NCBI GenBank assembly: GCA_009914755.4 | Contig: CP068257.2 | Location: 26,784,001 to 26,848,000 of the forward strand | Direction of reading: 5' to 3' | DNA length: 64,000 nt | Origin: the human T2T-CHM13v2.0 reference genome, Homo sapiens | Program-made: the position numbers and the translations under genes | Notes under the pieces: generated by a model | What the model was told of the DNA's origin: nothing | What the model saw: the letters and a program-made list of their open reading frames with translations, nothing else | The model's database searches: none | Shown: in pieces, positions 56,886-64,000 of the stretch | Numbering within the stretch: position 1 is the stretch's first letter | Layout: each line of letters opens with the position of its first letter

Positions 56886-57707
56886 GCAGGGCAGATCCAG
56901 AATCCAAGATGCTAATGGGTTTCCCTAAGATGGAAAAGGAGGCTCTTACCATCTGCCCATTATAGCCATGACTGAGATTTATGGTTTCCACTTGGTGGTG
57001 GTATAGTGACTCACTTATTTCAATCCCTGTTTGAGATTCAGCCTCTAGGGTATGCTACCTAAGGACAATACCAACTAGAAAGTCTTGGGTCCATGCTCTC
57101 TCTGGAAACCACTACTCTACAGTTTCTTTCAATTCTTGGAAATCTCCCTACCCTCTACTCCCACTCACTGTCAAAAGTCTCTTCACTTATCTACCCCTCC
57201 CCATTCTCTGTTCAGGATACCTATCACAATCTCTTAGGAGGACTTTGGCTTTTGCAAAAGACAGGAAGGGAAATATGGTGAAGGCAACTTCTGCTTTTGT
57301 TCCCATTATATACATCTCCCTTTAGTGAAAAAAAGTCTGTCAACGTGAAAGGGGCAAAAGGAAAAACAAACTAATTAATATGTTAGCTTTGTAGTCTGAT
57401 TTATTCTTCACCTAAAGACTCTCTATTGTCATCCCAGAGAGATAATTTACTCTCCATCTAGAGGCCATCCCAAACAAGATGGAACCATGTTTGTATCCTG
57501 AATTTGGGTTCTTTGGGATATTAGTCCTAGCATTCAAAGATTAGCTGACTCAGTTTTCCTGAATCTCTCCAATTACTACCTAGGTAAGCCTGGCTACTAG
57601 GCAAGTTTTCTGCTTCCTAAAGGGCACTATCTTCTTTTGGAGAAATTTCTTCCAATACACACTGGCTACATTCCAACCAGAGAAATAATTTAATTATTAA
57701 ATCAAAA

Positions 57708-57830
57708 AATCTTTATTGAGTGTTTACTACATGCCAGACACTGCTCTAAGCACTGAAAATAAGACAGTGATCAAGGCAAACAAAAATCTCTACCTTCATG
57801 GAGCTTACATACTAGTGATAGGGGCAGACC
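57708..57830 (-). mobile_element. MIR-like SINE fragment, antisense
   Basis: 'aatctttattgagtgtttactacatgccagacactgctctaagcactg...ctctaccttcatggagcttacatactagtgata' resembles the reverse complement of the MIR 3' region (...caacatttattgagcgcttactatgtgccaggcactgttctaagcgcttt...). Confidence 0.45.
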
Positions 57831-58624
57831 ACAGGGGCAAAAAAATAAAATTACTAAGATAAATAACATGTCAAATAAGAATAAATTCTTAGGGGGAAAT
57901 TTAATCAGGAAAAGGATCTCCTTAAACCATCATTTGGAAAGGGCAAGGGGTGCAATGGGGAGGAAGAAAGTGGAAGAAAGTGTGAAAAAATTTAAATTGG
58001 GTTGCCAAAAAAGGTGTCAGCCCCAGAGAGTCCAGATATGTCTTTGGTGTTTTTGCATAATTGCATAAAGTAGAGGGTGGGAGGTGGTGAGGTTTAAAAG
58101 TAGCCAGGTGTAGAGTCAACTCTAACAGGTGGTGAGCTGGTTCTCCACCTGACTCCATTTTCATCTCTTCACCAATGAGCTAAGACTCTCTCTCCAATTT
58201 CCTCTACCAAAAAATTGGAAGGCCATGCCATGCTCACTAGAGTAAGAGCTGTTGGGTACTCATGATGATTCATGCAACAGGTGTCAACCATCAGGTTGAG
58301 AATCCAGCCCCTAGCTACACCCATCCTTGGTCTTGACATTTTGAAACAAGCTGAAAAGGTACTGACTGAGCTGAGACTCCTGTGGGATCAGAGCAACTCC
58401 ACTATGTGATCCCTTTTTGGTTTCCTGAGACACCTCACCAGTATTTTATTTCTACATTACTTTTTGTGGTTTACCCTTGTGGGTGCTATCTTCTAGCAAA
58501 TGTAAGGCCTAAATTCTAATATTCTCCCTCTGAAACTAAGCAGGGCTCTCTGTAGGCCTAGTATGGGTTCTGGTCTTCACTGAGACAGCATATTCCCAGA
58601 TGCACTCCAGATCCATCAGTGGCT

Positions 58625-58994
58625 GTGTGATGGTTCACTTTACGTGTCAACTTGGGCTGGGCCATAGTGCCCAGACAGTTGGTCAAACTTATTCTGGATG
58701 TTTCCATGAGGGTATTTTTTGGCTGAGATCAATACTTAAATGGGTGGACATTGAATAACAAGTATCCTCCATAATGTGGGTGGGCCTCATCCAATCAGTT
58801 GAAGGCCTTAACAGGACAAATGCTGACCTTTCCTGAGCTAAAAAGAATTCTGCCAGCAGACAGAATTACCTTTGTCTTTGGACTTAGGCAGCGTTCTTCC
58901 CTGGGTCTGCAGCCTGCCAGCTTACCCTGAAGATTTTAGACTTACCAAGCTTTCACAATCACATGAAAAAAATTCCTTGAATAAATCCTTCCCC

Positions 58995-59026
<32 letters not shown>

Positions 59027-59072
59027 TTACACATGTACAGTTGGTTCTATCTGTCTGGAGAACCCTGACTAA
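58625..59072 (+). mobile_element. MaLR-type LTR (same MST/MLT-like family as 45985-46708) with internal (CT)n(TA)n
   Basis: 'tgtgatggttcactttacgtgtcaacttgggctgggccatagtgcccagacagttggtcaaacttattctggatgtttccatgagggtatttt...gagatcaatacttaaatgggtggacattgaataacaagtatcctccataatgtgggtgggcctcatccaatcagttgaaggccttaacagg...ctgccagcagac...cttccctgggtctgcagcctgccagcttaccctgaagattttagacttaccaagctttcacaatcacatga...aattccttgaataaatcc...(ct)n(ta)n...gttggttctatctgtctggagaaccctgactaa'. The '...ctggagaaccctgactaa(tac)' end and the 'gtgagccaattcct.ataaat' block are MaLR hallmarks. Confidence 0.55.
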
Positions 59073-60393
59073 GGCAGGCATATAAAGTTTATTTGGTGGT
59101 TCTTCATTTAGACAGCTTTTGTGATTGACTATGAAAGAGTTCTCCCCAAAACCTTGCAAAGCAGTAGTGTAGACTTTTCACAGCTGTGGTATTCCCCATT
59201 TGTCACTGCAAAGAGCCATCTGTTTCTAGCTTTCTGGCTTAAAGAGAGGTGCAACCAATTCTATTTCTTTCTCCTCTTTTATCAGTTTCAATAGTATTCA
59301 ATAAATCAGTCTAGCACACAAAAACATGTGTTTTCATCTTCATCACTAGAGTATAAACCCCTCAAGGGCACGAACTAATATATACCACCACTGTAGCACC
59401 TCTGGGGCTACCTCACATGTTGTAGATGCTCCATAAGGAAAAAAGACAAGGTTGAGCAAATTGTACTGAGAAACTGGATGAGAATGGTTGGCCTAATTTT
59501 GCCCCAAGAATTAACCCAAGCATGCAGGTGTATCTGGTTTAATTTTGCATACCTTCCGTGAAAAATGACTTACCAAGCAGAACTTCACACATTGCGGTTA
59601 TGAGAATGCATTTTTTCATTGGCTCCAGTTCACATGGTTTAAATAGCATTTCATTTCGCTATGAGCTTTATTTTAATTTGAAACTTCACGAATACGAAAC
59701 CATTTGAATCAAACCAGATGCAAGCACTCAGAATATCCTGCTCGTTCCTGTCAGCCTGCTTCACTTGAGAAACAATTCAATTTCTCTTGACTTCAAGCAA
59801 ACCCTTATTGAGCAGGCCTCTTTTTCTCTAATTGGCTTTTAGACTTCTCCACCCTTTACTAGCTGGTTTGTGGAAAAAAGCAAGTAATCTTCAAAAAAAA
59901 AGTTACACCTTTTTTCCTTAAAAACAAGTTATTTTGTTTGGCAATTATAAAATAATACAGAAATATGAGTATGCATATTGCATCTATGTGTTTTGCTTGC
60001 ATATTCAACTCATATACACACATTATCCTTTTAGTTCACTGTAGTTTTATATGAACCTATAATAGTAAGCCAGTTCAGGAATGATGCCTGCCTTATTGTT
60101 AACAAAAATATGAGGATAAAGTTTTCCGCTATCACATCCACTACTGTTTGGGTACGTAAGCTTCCAGTGTAGTTGGCATATGAGAGGTGAGTAATACTTG
60201 TTCCAGATTCAACTTGGAAGCCCGACCTAGGCTAAGCATTGTGTATTTTCTTACTTTTGCAGCATAAGACTTACACATCTAAAAAACAAATAGATTTGCA
60301 ACTATCACATACTCCCCTTTACCAATGTCCATTTTCATTCAAACTCTACTTTGAAAAATCTATCTCTAAAACAAATGGCAAAGCAATGAGCAT

Positions 60394-60456
60394 TACTAGA
60401 CTAGTAACAAGCAACACTAGACTAGTAACAAGCAATGCTAGACTAGTAACAAGTAA
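60394..60456. repeat. 21-bp tandem repeat x3 ('tagactagtaacaagcaaYRc')
   Basis: 'tactagactagtaacaagcaa|cactagactagtaacaagcaa|tgctagactagtaacaagtaa'. It produces the repeated 'TRLVTSN' peptide in track ORF 60239..60547. Confidence 0.85.
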
Positions 60457-62428
60457 GGCCATTTTTTTAACCCAAACACCAAAGCAAATGACCCCTATTA
60501 CAGTGAAGACTGTTGGATTCATTTTAGAAGTCCCCACATTTCAATAATATATCTTTATACACAAACAACCAAAATATGGAAATGTCTTTGTATAGTACCC
60601 ACTTAGGAGAAATTGGTTTTTTAAAAAAACAGAAATGCAACAAGGAAGAATGATGATATACATTAAAATATAGAGACATATGAGAAACCAGTATTTTTCT
60701 TTAAAATCTAGGATGGGAAATTACACAGAAAATACATGAAATGCAGTCCCTTTGTCCTTTTGGCTTTTCTGAATCATCATCATCGTGGTTTAAGGAGAAG
60801 AAGAGGAGGTAGAAGTTTGATGCCTGAAAGGTGACTTGGTAGCCCTGGAAGGCCCACTCGGTGACCCACTTAACTAATGTTGACAGTTCCAATCGGATAT
60901 TCAGAATACAGACTTACACTACAAAGAATGATTACATGTACTCAATGTCTACTACATGTGGCAGGTACTTTGGAAGCCTTACTGATCATCTCAGTCATGA
61001 GTATCATCATACTCCTGCTTCTTATGAGGAAACAGAAGTTGAGCAGAAGCAAGTACGTTGCCCCCAAAATCCCAGAACTAATAAGTGACAAGTCAAGATC
61101 TGAATTTCAGAACTGGCTTACTCAAAAGTCAATGCTTTTTCTACTTTTATACTCTAGAAGAAAAGTTCTTTTTTAAAAATCCTCCTTCACTGCCTCTTTC
61201 TTAATGATTCCAGATGTCTGCTTTACTTCCTGGCCTGTTATAAAGACTCTTAGTTTCTCATGTTTCAATTGTTGATCAAAATAGTTAACTCTATTCAGAA
61301 AAAAAAAAAAAAACAGAGAAGAAAAAAGAAAGTCTTACACATTCTAAAAAGAAAGGAAATGGGTCTGGTCTCTGTTACAGGTTATAGGTTGAATGGTGGG
61401 TCCCCAAAAAGATATGTTGAAATCCTTGAAATCTTAACCTTCAGTCCTTCAGCATGTGACCTTATTTGCAAATAGGGTCTTTACAGAGACAAGAAAGTTA
61501 TGATTAGGTCTCTTGTTTTTGGACACAGAGACAGACACACACAGAGAGAAGACTGTGAGTGTGAATTGTGAATGTGAAGACACACAGGGAGAAGACAGAC
61601 ATGTGACTGGAGTGAGGCATCTATAAGCCAGGGGCTCCAAGGATTGCCAGTGACCAGCAGAATCTAGGAAAAGGCAGGAAGGCTTTCCCTACAAGTTTCA
61701 GAGGGAGCATGCTCCTACAGACGCCTTGACTTTGGACCTCTAGCCTCTGGATCAATAAATTTGTTTTCAGTCACCCAGTTTGTACTACTTTGCAATGACA
61801 GCCCTAGGAAACTAGTACAGCTTTCAAAGAATGAAAATAAAGCACTGTAAAGCCTCGCCACTCACAGTGTGGTCCTGGCACCAGCAGCATCTGCACCCGC
61901 TGGGAACACGGTGGGGTAGAGGCCAGATCTAGTGACTCAGAGCTACTTTTCACCAGCCTCTCCAGGTGATTCGTGTACCTTCAAATAGAGAAGAGAGATT
62001 GCAAATGGAATGCACAGTAAACTTAACTTGTAGCTCGGATAAAAACATAAAAGTACTTCCCTTTTGAAATCCTGTTTCGGGGGCTGGAGGCTCCAGAAGG
62101 TGCATAGAAGAGGGAAAAATGTGTGCCTCTAGGCAGAAAGTGAATGTGTTCACCAGCTAAGACTAAGGATATACTGAAGAAATATGCAGGTACCTGGAAT
62201 GGCTAAGAAACAGGCATCAGAAGGAGACTCAGGATGGCTTTAGGAAAGAAAAGCTAAAAGTGGTTTCAAAACCAAAGGGAATCTAAGAGACACGTGTGTG
62301 ACAAAGGACAGTAGCAGAAGTGGTGTGGGCAGGCCCAGGAGAAGGGAGAAGTATTCCCTGCATCCTTCTCTGGTGGCTGAATAACCAGGGGCCTCCAGGG
62401 AGGGCTGGGGGCAGAGCAGAACTCTTGG

Positions 62429-62693
62429 TCATAACATGCCTGTTACAAAGCCAGTTTAGTAATTCCTATTAAGTAAATTTTGTCCTATTATATTTTTTTT
62501 CCAAAAGTATTGAGTTAGGAGTGCTTACAAAGGGGAAGTCCTAAACCATATCGAGCTTGTCCTCATAACATGCCTCTTACAAAGCCAGTTTGGTAATTCC
62601 TATTAAGTAAATTTTGTCCTAATTTTTTTTTCCAAAAGTATTGAGTTAGGAGTGCTTACAAAGGGGAAGTCCTAAACCATGACAAGCTTGTCC
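62429..62693. repeat. ~132-bp tandem duplication (x2, about 93% identical)
   Basis: Unit 1 (62429-62562) and unit 2 (62563-62693) both read 'tcataacatgcctSttacaaagccagtttRgtaattcctattaagtaaattttgtcct..tttttttccaaaagtattgagttaggagtgcttacaaaggggaagtcctaaaccat....agcttgtcc'. The array is bracketed by 'ccaggggcct' at 62385-62394 and 'ccaggggcct' at 62695-62704. Confidence 0.9.
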
Positions 62694-63678
62694 TCCAGGG
62701 GCCTGAGGTCAGGAGGTCAGATATCCGTATCTTTTTCTTTTCCCATGTATGGCCATCACATTCCAAAAGTCAATATAATAGAGTAACAAGAGAAAATCTG
62801 AATCTTTGCCTGGAAATAATTCAGATCTCTAGTTTTTCTCCAAATTCTTAAGTTTAAATCTCTCAAACAATAAAACAATGCAATGAGTCATATGGAACCC
62901 TTTATTAAACTCTGACAAATCAAATCATCAATCCATTTTAAATTCCACACTTTTCAACTTTGAAGTAATTAAAATATTCCCTTGAGATGAAAGATTTGAA
63001 AACATAATTCAATAGGAAACTTGTGACAGAAAAAAAGGATCTGTTTTATAGATTAGGTGATTGCTGAAAACAGTTTTCTAAAATTATTGCATATGCATTT
63101 ATTTGGAATTGTTGCGTCTTGGAATCACAAAGTGGGGTGGCCCAAAAAAATCTGTCTAAATGTGAAGATCAGCATTCTAAATAGCCCTACTTTGAGAGTA
63201 AATGAGATTGGCACATCAACACTCAATAACTATAACATGGATTGCAAAATACTGAAAGACAGAAAAGAAAAACCCTCTGGAAATGCTATCTTCCACCACC
63301 CTCTCCTACACATATACAGACAAGATGTTTTCCATTTTTTTTAAATACAGGAAACATTTGTGGGACAAATGTAGAATAGGAAGAATTGAATCAGGCTCCG
63401 AAGTCAGCTAAACTTGAAATAAATCAGAATTTAAGGTCACAGATACCTTTGCCCTGTTTCTTCCTGTCTGCTTGTCATTTCTCAAAGCCTAATACAAAAA
63501 CTACAGCCTTCCATGACCTTTACTTCTTCTGAATTGCAATTTTATTGATTGTTGGAACCAATCATTGTTTCCTTTTATTGATAGACATTTTAATTCATAT
63601 ACATATATGTTTTGGAGAAAAGAAGATAAATGTCTTCAAACATTGGGTCTGGATTTCCCATATTAAAACTAGATTGAC

Positions 63679-63979
<301 letters not shown>

Positions 63980-64000
63980 CACACTAGATTGACTTCTGTT

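Overview
This window is not prokaryotic. It reads as human (catarrhine primate) nuclear DNA: AT-rich, CpG-depleted, with no CpG island, no convincing protein-coding exon, and no tRNA, rRNA or snRNA gene that I can recognise by eye. What I can support is interspersed and tandem repeats. There are ten Alu SINEs, several with intact target-site duplications. There is one ~3.4-kb 5'-truncated older L1 (L1PB/L1MA-type 3' end) carrying a nested Alu and an internal AT-rich microsatellite. A ~100-bp L1 3'-end stub has a tail side that has grown into a ~260-bp compound microsatellite. There are three THE1-type MaLR solo LTRs, all on the + strand; two MLT1-like MaLR LTRs; and a same-family MST/MLT-like LTR pair. 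MIR SINE fragments and MER5-like hAT MITEs are present, along with micro- and minisatellites and local tandem duplications. Every ORF in the supplied track is short (176 aa or less). Each is either a chance ORF in AT-rich sequence or read-through of a repeat (Alu, L1 ORF2 remnant, microsatellite, or a 22-bp minisatellite). The most likely setting is a gene-poor intergenic or deep-intronic segment. I found no novel biological system. The points worth a second look are structural: possibly polymorphic Alu, STR and VNTR loci; small local duplications; one LTR-like promoter/polyA architecture; and two unusually CpG-retaining patches. Coordinates of old repeats are approximate (about 10-30 bp). Family and subfamily names are from memory of consensus sequences, not from a search.
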